Positions 1-10,317 of a stretch of 64,000 nt of DNA are shown piece by piece. The notes under the pieces are model-generated. The model made no database searches and was not told where the DNA came from. It saw only the letters and a list, made by a program, of their open reading frames with translations. The stretch covers positions 128,001-192,000 of the forward strand of contig JBDHJS010000003.1 in the NCBI GenBank assembly GCA_039586795.1. Direction: 5' to 3'. Source of the DNA: Gemmatimonadota bacterium. Lineage in GTDB: Bacteria > Gemmatimonadota > Gemmatimonadetes > Palauibacterales > KS3-K002. A program made the translations under genes and the position numbers. Position 1 is the first letter of the stretch; every line of letters starts with the position of its first letter.

Positions 1-582
1 CGAGAACATGCTGCGCGGAGCGGATATCAAGCGCAGGGTCAGATACTCGTCCAGCGCGGCCCGATCCAGTTGCGCCAGGCTCGGGTCGGCCGTGAGCAGT
101 GCCTTGATTTCGGATCCGAACAGCAGCTGGCCATCACGGGCTGCATAGTAGAAAGGCTTTTGGCCCAAACGGTCGCGGGCGGCGAACAACCTCTGTCGCC
201 GGGCGTCCCAGATCGCGAAGCCGAACATGCCACGCAGATGCTGGAGACAGTCCGTTCCGTGCCGCTCGTAGAGGTGGAGGATCGTCTCCGTGTCGGAGTT
301 CGTTCGGAACTGATGACCTTCGTTCAGGAGGCGCTGGCGCAACTCCTGATAGTTGTAGATCTCGCCGTTGAAGATGATCCAGACGCTACCGTCGCTATTG
401 CTCATCGGCTGGTGTCCGCCTTCGAGATCGATGATGCTCAGTCGACGGAAACCCAAACCGACGTTGTCCTTCAGATATATCCCCTCATCATCCGGCCCGC
501 GGTGCGCCAGCGATCGGGTCATCTGGATGAGCTTGTCCTTGGGAATCGGCTCAGCCGCTATCCAGCCACAAATGCCACACAT
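1..582 (-). CDS. asnB: Asparagine synthase (glutamine-hydrolysing)-type amidotransferase, 5' part; runs off the window edge
   Basis: Absent from the ORF track because there is no stop in the window. The reverse complement from ATG 582 reads MCGICGW...HRGPDDEG...RRLSIIDL.GG.QPM...FNGEIYNY...SDTE...ARDRLGQKP, the Ntn amidotransferase N-terminus (Cys2). Confidence 0.93.
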   Translation of the reverse strand, partial: MCGICGWIAAEPIPKDKLIQMTRSLAHRGPDDEGIYLKDNVGLGFRRLSIIDLEGGHQPMSNSDGSVWIIFNGEIYNYQELRQRLLNEGHQFRTNSDTETILHLYERHGTDCLQHLRGMFGFAIWDARRQRLFAARDRLGQKPFYYAARDGQLLFGSEIKALLTADPSLAQLDRAALDEYLTLRLISAPRSMFS

Positions 583-618
583 ACGCTGCGCTAAGCCTCC
601 GAACTCCGGTGATGTCTC

Positions 619-1377
619 TCAGCTCGGCCTGCTGGCCACCGCGGCGATCTTCTTCGTGAAGATCTTGTTCTTCTTACCGTACAAGACGAACAGCGCCCTG
701 AACGTGAAGCTGAAGAACGACGACACCGCCCAAGCTACGTAGTTGAAGGGGTTCGCATAGAACACATAGAGATGCAAGCCGAAGACGGTGATGTTCTTGA
801 ACCCACTGTATTCGAGAACCTGCTCCAGCGAGTAAGACGTGAACGTGTTGAAATGGTCGAAGTTCTGTGCCAGCGTCTCCGCACCCACGATTGGGTTTGC
901 TCCGTTCAAGCCGTGACAGATCAACCTGCCACCTGGCTTCAGCTTGCTCCACACCAGTCTCAAGAAATCGACCATCTCATCCTTTGTGAGATGGTTGAGC
1001 TCTTGTTCGCAGATGATGGCATCAAAGGGTTGCTCCGAAGCTTCCAGCTCCTCGAAGGCAGTGCCCTGGCGACAGTTCAGACCGCGTTTGATGGCGTGTT
1101 CCACCTTCCCGCCGTCCGAGTCGATTCCGAGGGCGTCCGAGTAACCTTCCTCCGCCAGCATGTTCACGAAGTAGCCCGGACCACAGCTTATCACCAAGAT
1201 GTGCGCTGCTTTGTCCGCGGGAACGTGCTTCAGATAATTGACCCGATAGAACTGGCCGAGCGATTTGTATCCGCTTTCGATATTGTCCGGACCCTCCCAG
1301 AACGAATCGAAGCGCTCCAACCTCGCGCTGAGCTGAACCCCGGAGGTGGCGGCTGTACCTGCTTCCATCTTCGTCAT
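619..1377 (-). CDS. Class I SAM-dependent methyltransferase
   Basis: Motif I-like ILVISCGPG, FDAII, and LKPGGRLI post-motif; lies in a glycan-modification operon. Confidence 0.85.
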   Translation of the reverse strand: MTKMEAGTAATSGVQLSARLERFDSFWEGPDNIESGYKSLGQFYRVNYLKHVPADKAAHILVISCGPGYFVNMLAEEGYSDALGIDSDGGKVEHAIKRGLNCRQGTAFEELEASEQPFDAIICEQELNHLTKDEMVDFLRLVWSKLKPGGRLICHGLNGANPIVGAETLAQNFDHFNTFTSYSLEQVLEYSGFKNITVFGLHLYVFYANPFNYVAWAVSSFFSFTFRALFVLYGKKNKIFTKKIAAVASRPS

Positions 1378-1437
1378 CTCATCAGCTGAAGTGGCCGTCT
1401 ATCTTATTGTGTATAAAGCGTTTACGCTACCAGCCCG

Positions 1438-2430
1438 TTAAAGCATGCCGCGGCTCTGGTACCATTCCGCGGTGCGCGCCGCACCCTCTCTGAACCGCAC
1501 CTTCGGCTCGTAACCGATCGCCGACCGTGCGTCCTCGCCATTGAAGTCGAAGCTCTTCACGAAAAAGTTCATTCGCCGGCGATGGAGTGGTGGTTGCACA
1601 CCGATCGGTCTCAAGACTCCCTCCATGACGACGGCCGTTGTCATCAACGGCCACAACGGAACGCGGAGCTTGGGGGGGCCGACGTCCAGCGCCTCACAGA
1701 TCTGGCCGACCATCTCATCTGTAGTGATCGCCTCCGGCCCTGAAAGCACGTATGTCTTTCCCGGCGCACCATCCGATGTGGCGGTCAGCCGCAGACCATC
1801 CACCAGGTCGTCGATATAGACAAGATGATGCAGATTCTTACCCGGGCCGATCATGAAGAATCGTTTCTTGGCGATTCCTTTGAACAGTTTAAGCAGACGG
1901 CGGTCGGCCGGTCCGTAGGTCTCCGAAATCCTGGCGATGCCGATCGGTAACTTGTCGGAGTAACCGCGTACGACCTTCTCACCCTCCAGCTTAGTGATCC
2001 CGTAGATATTGTCGGGCTCGAGCGGCGAATCATCCGTCACGGGCCCATCACGACCGATACCGTACACGCCTATCGTGCTGCCATGGACGAAGCGCTGCAC
2101 GCCTTGCCCGATCGCCGCTTCGATCAGGTTCTTCGTACCCTCTACGTTGACATCGTAGAAATGGCTATCCGGTACGTTGGCTTCATGCTGAGCGGCGGCC
2201 AGATGATAGACCACATCAACTCCGGAGCAGGCACGGTCCACCGACCCCCGATCCGTGACCGATCCATCGACGACCTCTATGCCGTGCGCTTCTATCTCGC
2301 CGGCATTCTGTCGCTCCGCGGGCGTGTTCTTCTGAGCTAGGACACGGACGGCCTCGCCCTCACCTATGCAGCGCAGGGCGAGCTGCGAGCCGATGAAACC
2401 CGTTCCACCCGTAATCAGGACCTTGGTCAT
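1438..2430 (-). CDS. NAD-dependent epimerase/dehydratase (extended SDR)
   Basis: TGGTGFIG Rossmann motif, VYHLAA, catalytic YGITK (YxxxK). Confidence 0.92.
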   Translation of the reverse strand: MTKVLITGGTGFIGSQLALRCIGEGEAVRVLAQKNTPAERQNAGEIEAHGIEVVDGSVTDRGSVDRACSGVDVVYHLAAAQHEANVPDSHFYDVNVEGTKNLIEAAIGQGVQRFVHGSTIGVYGIGRDGPVTDDSPLEPDNIYGITKLEGEKVVRGYSDKLPIGIARISETYGPADRRLLKLFKGIAKKRFFMIGPGKNLHHLVYIDDLVDGLRLTATSDGAPGKTYVLSGPEAITTDEMVGQICEALDVGPPKLRVPLWPLMTTAVVMEGVLRPIGVQPPLHRRRMNFFVKSFDFNGEDARSAIGYEPKVRFREGAARTAEWYQSRGML

Positions 2431-2436
2431 ATCGTG

Positions 2437-4221
2437 CTACCGTGTCGCCGCTCCGGCGCTCTCCGTATCCGTCTGTCTACCTTCGTGATCCCGCGCCGGG
2501 TTCTTCGCCAGGAACGGACCGATGGCCAGCGCGTCGAGATGACCCTTCTGAAATGCCCGAACCGCGTCCTGCGGAGTGCATACGATCGGTTCTTCGTGAA
2601 TGTTGAAGCTCGTGTTCACGAAGCATGACAGACCCGTTAACTGCTTGAATTCCTTGAGAATACGATAGTAGCCGGGGTTGTCTGTCTCGCTCACGATCTG
2701 CGGTCGAGCCGTAGCATCGACGTGCACGACGCCAGGACACGTCTTCTGCATCAGCTCGGTGCAATCGAATGTGATCGTCATGAAGCGCGCCGTGTCGCGA
2801 GCGCCCTCCAGCCCGTTGAAGTACTTGTGCGCGTCTTCGGCGAGCGCGGTCGGCGCGAACGGCATGAACTCGCTTCGTCCCAAGCGAGTGTTCAGCCAAT
2901 CGTTCACCTCGGGCTCATCGGGCCGATAGAGGATGGTTCGGTTACCCAGAGCGCGCGGGCCGTATTCCATGCGACCCGACACACGTGCGACCACCCAATT
3001 GTCGGCCACCAGGCGAGCGACTTCGCCCTCCAGGTAGTCGGGGCGCGTGAACTCGCAACCGCCGGCTTCGAGGGCCGACTCGATCTCCTTGTCAGTGAAG
3101 CCCGGGCCCAGGTAGACGTGGTCGAGGCACTTCTCTGCCTTCTTCGCCTCTTCCGGTCGAAGCCTTGCCCACTGGGTCAACGCGGCGCCGGCAGCGATTC
3201 CTTCGTCGGACATCGCCGGGTAGACGAAGACCGAGTTCACGCCGGGTATTTCGTGCACCCGTTGATTGATCTTGACGTTGGCGAAAACGCCGCCGGCGAG
3301 CGCTACGTTGCTCTTGCCGGTCTTCTCTTTCCAATAGGACACGTAGTTCGTCGTGATATCTTCAGCCACATCCTGGACCGTGGATGACAGATCCTCGCGG
3401 TTCCAATCGTCCGGCAGCGCAGCCTGCAGCTTATTGACCGCCGCATGTCTAAAAGCGTTGGCGACGTTGGTCATCGATCCATCCGAGTAGCGAATGAAGC
3501 GATCGAAGATATCTCTATAGACCGGCTTTCCGTACGCTGCGAGGCCCGTGATCTTCCCCTCGTGCTTGCCTGCCTTGAAACCACAGACGTGCGTCACATA
3601 CGCGTACCAGTCGCCCAATGAGTCGAACGAAGGTACTGAGTGCAGATGACGCCAGCCCCCGTCTTCAAACTCGTAGACATGCGAGGAATGGCCATCGCCC
3701 GCCCCATCCAACGTCACGACCAACGAGTCCTCGAATCCGCTCGCGAAGTGAGCCGCCACAGCGTGAGTGAGATGGTGCGATACGAATTCAACCGGGCATG
3801 TGATATCGAACTCATCCCGCAGTACCTGGCGAATCGTGTCGCGCCGCTTGGCGAACGCGGGTTTACGCAAATCGTAGTAGAGCTTCTCGAGAATGGGCGC
3901 CTTGCTGCGCAGCCAACTCAAGCGCGAGCCCATCGAGAAGAACAGGTTCCGGACCACGCCCTCATCGACGCCGAACACGCCGTTGTCGAACGGTACGTAC
4001 TCATTCAGGAAATGGCCCCACTCCGATGCAATCGCCACCTGATCGAGCTCTTCAGGCTTCACTCCGGCTATCTCGAGAACGGCCGCGATGGACTTGCGGG
4101 GAAAGCCCATGACCATCTTCATCCGCGCAAGGCGTTCTTCGTTCACGGCCGCGAGGATCTTGCCATCTTCTATGATCGCAGCACCGCTGGTGAAGTGATC
4201 ACTGATACCGAGTATCCGCAT
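2437..4221 (-). CDS. O-carbamoyltransferase (NodU/CmcH family)
   Basis: ILGISDH, EERLAR, HHLTHA, TLDGAGD, HEGKITGLA, GGVFANVK, EYGPRALGNR, FMPFAP, NTSFNIHEEPIV. ATG 4221 follows a GAGGAG RBS. Confidence 0.95.
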   Translation of the reverse strand: MRILGISDHFTSGAAIIEDGKILAAVNEERLARMKMVMGFPRKSIAAVLEIAGVKPEELDQVAIASEWGHFLNEYVPFDNGVFGVDEGVVRNLFFSMGSRLSWLRSKAPILEKLYYDLRKPAFAKRRDTIRQVLRDEFDITCPVEFVSHHLTHAVAAHFASGFEDSLVVTLDGAGDGHSSHVYEFEDGGWRHLHSVPSFDSLGDWYAYVTHVCGFKAGKHEGKITGLAAYGKPVYRDIFDRFIRYSDGSMTNVANAFRHAAVNKLQAALPDDWNREDLSSTVQDVAEDITTNYVSYWKEKTGKSNVALAGGVFANVKINQRVHEIPGVNSVFVYPAMSDEGIAAGAALTQWARLRPEEAKKAEKCLDHVYLGPGFTDKEIESALEAGGCEFTRPDYLEGEVARLVADNWVVARVSGRMEYGPRALGNRTILYRPDEPEVNDWLNTRLGRSEFMPFAPTALAEDAHKYFNGLEGARDTARFMTITFDCTELMQKTCPGVVHVDATARPQIVSETDNPGYYRILKEFKQLTGLSCFVNTSFNIHEEPIVCTPQDAVRAFQKGHLDALAIGPFLAKNPARDHEGRQTDTESAGAATR

Positions 4222-4254
4222 CAAATTGCTCCTCTCAAAACTCGAAAACCGGTT

Positions 4255-5325
4255 CTACTCACTGTGAACAGCCTGATTGGCGGCGAATCGCTCGCCCGCC
4301 GACGAAAGAGTTTCTTTAGGAGTGCGATCTCCTACGAAGTAGAAGTACGCACCTACAAGAGCGAACGGCACCATCAAGACCCGCATCAACAGAATCGTGG
4401 CCAGTGCCGTCTCACTCGCCACACCGTAGTGACCCATCACGTACATGAATGAACCTTCGACGAGGCCAAACCCGCCCAGACTGATCGGCAGTAGTCCGAT
4501 CAGTTCGACCGCCACCAGGGCGACCGTCAGCTCGAGGACGTTGACCGGGGTACCAAGAGCGAACAGCAGCAGCCAGACCACGCAGATCTTGTTCACGTGG
4601 AAGACGAACGAAATCAAGCCCGCAAGAGCACTGCGACCCGGCTGACGGCGAAAATCGCTCGCCAGGTCGAGCAGAGCATTCATCGGCTTCGGCCAAAAGC
4701 GGCTGCTGGATATTCGATCGACGAGGGAAAACCTGTAGGTCACCCACGTTCCAAGGATAGCCGCCGCAAGGCCAACGCTGACCAGCGTCACGACCAGACC
4801 GGCGACTGAGTCAGCGCTGCTTCTATATATGATGATTGACGCGACATAGCCGAGCCCAACCAGCGCCGCGAGTCCGGTAACCCGCTCGACGAAAACCGCC
4901 AGCACAGCACATGCCTTGCCGCGAGGATTGTCGAAGGTCTTAAAGACCCGGTACCCATCGCCACCGATGCTGGTAGGAAGGAAATGGTTGAAGAAAAGCG
5001 CCACAAAGTACCAGCGAACCAGCTTGCCCAGCTTGAATCTTACGTCGTGAATCGCGAGGAGCTGCTGCCATTTGAAAGCACTGACGACAACTCCGCCGAA
5101 GCGCATCACGACGACTACGCCGATAATCCAGAGCGTCGACCCACGAACCGTGTTCCAGAATTGCGTCCATTCAACCTGCGTAACGATCCAACCACACAGT
5201 GCCAGCGTGACCGCGAGCTTGACGGCGAACAGCAGTCGCCGCCGGAGCGGCGAGCGCTTCGCGTTGTCTCGACCCACGGATCCTTGCGTCGCGCCTCGCG
5301 CGGCGTAGTCGCTGACCTGGTTCAT
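4255..5325 (-). CDS. Lysylphosphatidylglycerol synthase TM-domain / flippase-like membrane protein (UPF0104-type)
   Basis: Multiple TM helices; FFNHFLPTSIGGDGYR and LPISLGGFGLVE signatures. ATG 5325 overlaps the upstream stop (ATGA), so it is preferred to the longer track start. Confidence 0.88.
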   Translation of the reverse strand: MNQVSDYAARGATQGSVGRDNAKRSPLRRRLLFAVKLAVTLALCGWIVTQVEWTQFWNTVRGSTLWIIGVVVVMRFGGVVVSAFKWQQLLAIHDVRFKLGKLVRWYFVALFFNHFLPTSIGGDGYRVFKTFDNPRGKACAVLAVFVERVTGLAALVGLGYVASIIIYRSSADSVAGLVVTLVSVGLAAAILGTWVTYRFSLVDRISSSRFWPKPMNALLDLASDFRRQPGRSALAGLISFVFHVNKICVVWLLLFALGTPVNVLELTVALVAVELIGLLPISLGGFGLVEGSFMYVMGHYGVASETALATILLMRVLMVPFALVGAYFYFVGDRTPKETLSSAGERFAANQAVHSE

Positions 5326-6857
5326 GCTTGCGCCAGTTCCCCCTGTGGGATTCCACTCTTCAACACAGCCGGAAGATAATCGCCAAGACGCAGCGCAAAC
5401 GCGGCTATTGTGAGCACCGGTTGTATCGCCGCTCCGGTCGTGAACACCTCGGAACCGCACACGTAGAGGTTGTCGCACCCGTGCACTCGAAGATTGCCGT
5501 CAACGACACTTGCCCTGGGATTCTCACCCATCCGGCATGAGCCGATGTGATGACGTGACCAGGTGAGCTCGATCTCTTCCAGGTCCGTGCCCCCTGCGTT
5601 GACGAGCGTCGTCTTGATCAGCTCACGGGAACGTTCGATCAACCGTCGGTCCTGCTCCGAAAAATTCATGACCAGGTGCGCAATCGGGTTACCGAACGGA
5701 TCCTTCTTGGCAGAAGACAGAACTACGCGGTTGTCATCCGCCGGGACCATCTCCAAGGTCGGGCTCATGTACAGCGTAGCCTTGGCCAGCCGTTTCATCA
5801 TCTTCACCGCATGCTTCGGGAGATCGACCACGCGATAGCGCAAAAGGTGATTGGGGAAGACCCACGACTGTATCACGACGGCGTGGATCGCGCCGAGTCC
5901 CTCGTCACGAAATCGGTCGTAGTACTGGTGCGTGCGTCCGATCTTGTGCTTCGGATACAGCGTGTGCCAGCTATGGCGGACCTTGCTGTAGAAGTTCAGC
6001 GAGGGGTGCTCGTTGAAGCCGCGCCCGACGCGGTCATACTGATTGCCGATTCCGTTCGGGTACCGCTCGGACCGGGATAGCAATAGCAATCGCGGAGACT
6101 GCAATCCACCACCACAAACAACGAACAACCGCGCGCGGGCGGTCTTGACCTCTCCGTCTAACGTGCGTGCCTCGGCTCCGGTGATGCTGCCATCTTCATC
6201 GTGAATGAGCCGGGTGACCGTAACACCGGAAACCAGAGTGCCCAGATTCGACTCCGTGAAGCGAGGCAAGATCTCCTTCTGGACGCGGAAAAAGCGTATC
6301 GCCTTCGCCGGAGTCGCCGTAGGCGAGTCGTCCAGCGTCAGATCGGCCCTGGCCATGTACTCCTTCAGCGAACTGATGTCCGGGCTGGGCGGAAGAGGTA
6401 GATCTTGTTTTCGCGGTGGCGCATACTTCGACAACTTGCCGCCACGCACCCTTAGCGTCTTCTCGGCGCGATAGTAATACGGCTCTACTTCATCGAAGCT
6501 CACCGGCCACGGATTGCCCGCCGGCGTGTAGGCGTGCTGCGCGAAGTCCGACGGGTGAAACCGTTCACAACGGCCAGTCCAGAAATTCGAGTTGCCGCCG
6601 ATCAGCCGGGACGTCGTGTGGGTTAGAGGGTATTTTGTATCACCGCTCACCTCGTACTCGGCAAGCTGCTTAAGGCGCGGATCGACCAGCCAGTCGACCA
6701 GACTGTTTCCAGATTCGAGCAGCAGCGTCCGCACGCCTTGCTCCACAAGCGACGTCGCCAGGATCGTCCCTGCCGGACCCGAGCCGATGACGCAGACGTC
6801 GTAAGGCTCTGACGCGTCGAGTGCATCGAGGTTAGCAACCAGTTTCCGCTTTGGCAT
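5322..6857 (-). CDS. GMC family FAD-dependent oxidoreductase
   Basis: DVCVIGSGPAG FAD motif, IGGNSNFW, WPVSFDEVEPYY, HHIGSCRMG, DNLYVCGS. ATG 6857 follows GGAG. Confidence 0.92.
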   Translation of the reverse strand: MPKRKLVANLDALDASEPYDVCVIGSGPAGTILATSLVEQGVRTLLLESGNSLVDWLVDPRLKQLAEYEVSGDTKYPLTHTTSRLIGGNSNFWTGRCERFHPSDFAQHAYTPAGNPWPVSFDEVEPYYYRAEKTLRVRGGKLSKYAPPRKQDLPLPPSPDISSLKEYMARADLTLDDSPTATPAKAIRFFRVQKEILPRFTESNLGTLVSGVTVTRLIHDEDGSITGAEARTLDGEVKTARARLFVVCGGGLQSPRLLLLSRSERYPNGIGNQYDRVGRGFNEHPSLNFYSKVRHSWHTLYPKHKIGRTHQYYDRFRDEGLGAIHAVVIQSWVFPNHLLRYRVVDLPKHAVKMMKRLAKATLYMSPTLEMVPADDNRVVLSSAKKDPFGNPIAHLVMNFSEQDRRLIERSRELIKTTLVNAGGTDLEEIELTWSRHHIGSCRMGENPRASVVDGNLRVHGCDNLYVCGSEVFTTGAAIQPVLTIAAFALRLGDYLPAVLKSGIPQGELAQA

Positions 6858-7175
6858 ATCTCCGCCCTTGCCGCTTAACAGCGTGCCAGCGCTCGGCACC
6901 GAACGCCCGCGCTCGCAGCTATAAACCCGCGTCTAAGTGATTCCGCCGAGGTTTCTGCAACTCGGCGGCACCCAAGGTTGCAATTACGGGGCCCGCTGGC
7001 GACGATCTGCCGGCCCGCTCACAACGTTGAAACGCCACGCGCTGATTGGGCTGCGGCGGTCACCCCAGCCAGAGCTGTGGCATCGCTGCAACACCACCAG
7101 GAAAACAAACCCGGCGTCGCACGATCGTCCGACGCCGGGGCACCCGTTTCTTCCCTCGAACCGCCCGGGGCTCGT

Positions 7176-8213
7176 CTACCTCTCCGCAGACGACTCCGGT
7201 TGGGCGGCGAGTGCCGCCTCTCGGTCCTGGTTTTCTATGAACCAATCCACGAACCGACGCAGCCCTTCTTCGATCCTCACCTGGGGTTCGTAGCCGAGAA
7301 TCTCACGGGCACGAGAAACGTCGGCCCAAGTGTGCGGCACGTCGCCGGGCTGAGGGGGAAGGACATCGAGTTTTGGCTCGACACCTGTGGCTTCGCCCAA
7401 CAGGCTGATGAGCTCCTTCAGCTTGACCGTCCGACTGGCTCCGATGTTGAGGATCGTGAAGTCCTCGGCGGCCCCATTCAGCACGGCCTGATCGAGCGAC
7501 GCGGCGATAGCAGCTACGACGTCGTCGACGAAAGTATAGTCTCTATCGGCATTCCCATCGCCATACATCGGAATGGCCTCGCCGGCCAACAGCGCCCGCG
7601 TGAACTTGTGAATCGCTAGATCGGGACGCTGGCGCGGACCGTAGACGGTGAACAGCCTCAGGCAGTAGCAGGCCAGACCATGGAGATGCCAATAGCTGTG
7701 GCAGAGCAGCTCGCAAGCTCGCTTTGTGGCCGCATACGGAGACAGAGGGTGATCCGAATCATCCTCTTCCGAGAAGGCGCCAGAGTGGCCGCTGGCTCCG
7801 TAGACGGACGACGATGAAGCGAACACCAGCGAGTTCACACCAAACCTGCGCATCGTCTCCAGCAAACGCAGCGTGCCCATCACGTTGGTGTCGTAGTAGG
7901 CATCGGGCGCCTGAATCGAAGGCCGCACACCGGCTCGCGCCGCCATGTGCACCACGGCGTCGAATTGCGTCTCGCTGAACAGGCGCGTCAGAAAGCTCTC
8001 ATCTCGTAGATCACCCTCAGCCAGCTGAAAGCGAGGATGGCCTCTGGCGGCCTCCAGGTTCCCCTCTTTGATGATCCGGGGATAGAAGTCATCGAAATTG
8101 TCGACACCCCAAACCGTCGTACCGTCGGCCAGCAAGCGATCGACAACGTGCGACCCGATGAACCCGGCTGCGCCGGTCACCAATACGCGTCTGAAAAGGT
8201 GCTCATCACTCAT
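7176..8213 (-). CDS. NAD-dependent nucleotide-sugar epimerase, UDP-glucuronate 4-epimerase-like
   Basis: TGAAGFIG, HMAARAGVRPS, FASSSSVYG, SPYAATK, FTVYGPRQRPDLA, PGDV..TWAD. Alternative start at 8258. Confidence 0.9.
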   Translation of the reverse strand: MSDEHLFRRVLVTGAAGFIGSHVVDRLLADGTTVWGVDNFDDFYPRIIKEGNLEAARGHPRFQLAEGDLRDESFLTRLFSETQFDAVVHMAARAGVRPSIQAPDAYYDTNVMGTLRLLETMRRFGVNSLVFASSSSVYGASGHSGAFSEEDDSDHPLSPYAATKRACELLCHSYWHLHGLACYCLRLFTVYGPRQRPDLAIHKFTRALLAGEAIPMYGDGNADRDYTFVDDVVAAIAASLDQAVLNGAAEDFTILNIGASRTVKLKELISLLGEATGVEPKLDVLPPQPGDVPHTWADVSRAREILGYEPQVRIEEGLRRFVDWFIENQDREAALAAQPESSAER

Positions 8214-8407
8214 AGGACCAGTACATGTTGTTAACCGTGTGTGGCGCTGACGAGACATCCATTAGCTATACCTCACTTTGATCTTGCCTTCGCACCAAGC
8301 TGCCGCGCCCCCAAAGACATCCAGACATCACATACGGCAAGCGTATCTCCGCTCTGCAGCCAGCCCGGCGGACAGATGGCAAGGCTACCGTTCACCACGC
8401 GCAGCTA

Positions 8408-8423
8408 AGCACGAATCGGGCCT
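8408..8423 (-). promoter_or_regulatory. Candidate sigma-54 -24/-12 element
   Basis: Minus strand reads AGGCCCGATTCGTGCT (GG-N10-GC spacing), about 200 bp upstream of the epimerase. Confidence 0.3.
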
Positions 8424-8636
8424 CAAGACCGGTTCGGATCCTATCTTCGATCGCGACGGTATAACTTATGCTCAGGTATGCTATTAACAGGGGGATTCAT
8501 TCCAGGAGCTTCCGAGGAGGGTTGACTCCACGACAGAAGTCCTTTTTGTCTAGGCAAGAAGCGGTGGTTTTGCCTTCTCACTGAAGACCCCCACTAGTCA
8601 AGAGCAGCGGCGTAATCCGCAAAAGAATCACGATCG

Positions 8637-10271
8637 ATGACCGCAAATCGCCATGCCGACGAACTGAGGCGTAGAGCCGAAAAGGATCTTCGCGACCAGT
8701 TCCGCATCGAGTCAGTCCTTGGGTGCGGCGAAGATTCTGTGGTTCTGCTTGCCAAAGACGTGGCACGCGGAAGCCGCCTCGCGCTCAAGATCGTGGCGAT
8801 GCCGAGCCTGCCGCCGGGCCTATCTTCCGGCGATTTAGTGACGCGGTTTGAGACGATGGCTAGCGGCGTCAGCTCTCTCAGGCACTCCCACCTGGTTCCG
8901 ATATTCGACTACGGAAGCTTCGACGACTTCTTCTGGTACTCGATGCAGCGGGAAGAAGGACCCTCACTCGAGGTGGTCCTGACCGGGTCCGGCCGACTGG
9001 ATCTCCACAGAAGCCTGGCGATCATCGAACAAACAGCGTCAGCTCTCGATTTCCTCAACCGGAGGGGATTCGCCCACGGCGCGCTGCGACCGAGCCAGAT
9101 CTTTCTTGCAGACGGAAAGTGGGCACGTGTCGCCGATCAAACGCTCAGTCGGATCCTTCGCCCGGTAGGAACCAGCGAGGCCGCCAGCAGCACAGGGTAC
9201 GAAGCTCCCGGCGACGACAATCCTACGATCGGCGCTGCCGCCGCCGACCAGTACGCCCTGGCGATGATCGCGTATCGATGTCTCTTCGGGTCACCGGAGT
9301 CCGATGCAGGAGATTCACCCAAGACCGGTGCGGAACTGGACGGCGAGTTTGATCCGCCTCGTGTCTCGCCCGTGGATGCTCGGGGCGGGGATTTCCCAGA
9401 CCACATCGTCGATGCCCTGGAGAGAGCCCTGAGTGAATCGCCTCAACATCGTTTTGCCAGCGTACTCGATTTTGCCACACTGCTGCGCGGCGGTTCCTGG
9501 GTGCTGAGCAATCCAAGAGACCGACGAAGCCGCGCGGGCGCCCCCGATAAGCCGAGAGCCTTTGTGCCCGGGGAAGACCGCGAACCCGCCGACGTCATAA
9601 AACGAGCGCTAGATGCCGCCGGCGCGGATAGATCCGCGCGTTCGATACTCCCCGCGGTGCGAGAAGGTGGGATGTTGGCCCGGATGATCCATGCCCGACC
9701 TATGGCTCACACGATCAGCATAGGTGGCGTAGCGGTGATTCTGGCTCTCGCCGGCGCGGCTTTCCTTTCCCGCGGTTCCGGCGCGAGCTCCGAACCCGTG
9801 TCTGCGGTGGAGCGACCTACGGCACCCACAAGCGCAGAACAGAGCGGTACCATTAACGAGAACGAAGAGCCGACGCCAGATCCTGCACCGGATTCCGAGT
9901 CGGGGGCGGCCAGCAACTCCGAAAGCCAGCCCACGTCTGAATCACCTCAGGCCCGGCCTGCAGAAACGACCGACGACACGCCCATCGACCGGAGCAGCAG
10001 TTCCGTCGCGACGAACGGCGAGCCTGCGGCGCAAGAGCCCGTTGCCCTCGAGCCCGGGCGACTGTTTGTCAACTCGACGCCCTGGGGACGACTGTATATC
10101 GACGGCACGTTGATTGGAAACACGCCCCGGGCGAATCTCTTCATCGAGCCCGGTCCGCACGTCATTCAGATTCTCCGAGACGGTTTCGAGCCCTACGAGT
10201 TGGAGATCGAGGTGCTGCCCGGCGAAACGATTCGGCTGACCGAGATCGAGCTGACTCCAGCCAGGTCGTAG
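8637..10271 (+). CDS. Membrane-anchored Ser/Thr protein kinase-like protein (probable pseudokinase) with C-terminal PEGA domain
   Basis: Kinase subdomains recognisable (LGCGEDSVVL, LALKIV, LRHSHLVPIFDYG, ADQYALA), but HGALRPSQ replaces HRDLKPxN and DQT replaces DFG. One TM (ISIGGVAVILALAGAAFL), a Pro/Ser/Glu linker, then PEGA (LFVNSTPWG.LYIDG..IGNTP). Confidence 0.88.
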   Translation: MTANRHADELRRRAEKDLRDQFRIESVLGCGEDSVVLLAKDVARGSRLALKIVAMPSLPPGLSSGDLVTRFETMASGVSSLRHSHLVPIFDYGSFDDFFWYSMQREEGPSLEVVLTGSGRLDLHRSLAIIEQTASALDFLNRRGFAHGALRPSQIFLADGKWARVADQTLSRILRPVGTSEAASSTGYEAPGDDNPTIGAAAADQYALAMIAYRCLFGSPESDAGDSPKTGAELDGEFDPPRVSPVDARGGDFPDHIVDALERALSESPQHRFASVLDFATLLRGGSWVLSNPRDRRSRAGAPDKPRAFVPGEDREPADVIKRALDAAGADRSARSILPAVREGGMLARMIHARPMAHTISIGGVAVILALAGAAFLSRGSGASSEPVSAVERPTAPTSAEQSGTINENEEPTPDPAPDSESGAASNSESQPTSESPQARPAETTDDTPIDRSSSSVATNGEPAAQEPVALEPGRLFVNSTPWGRLYIDGTLIGNTPRANLFIEPGPHVIQILRDGFEPYELEIEVLPGETIRLTEIELTPARS

Positions 10272-10317
10272 CCGGTCACGGACATCCAACTGCCGCAACC
10301 TCATAAGACACGGCCGT

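Noticed and set aside
70..594. 174-aa plus-strand ORF in the track
   Set aside because: It is the antisense shadow of the minus-strand asnB frame (MCGICG...), which carries the real motifs.
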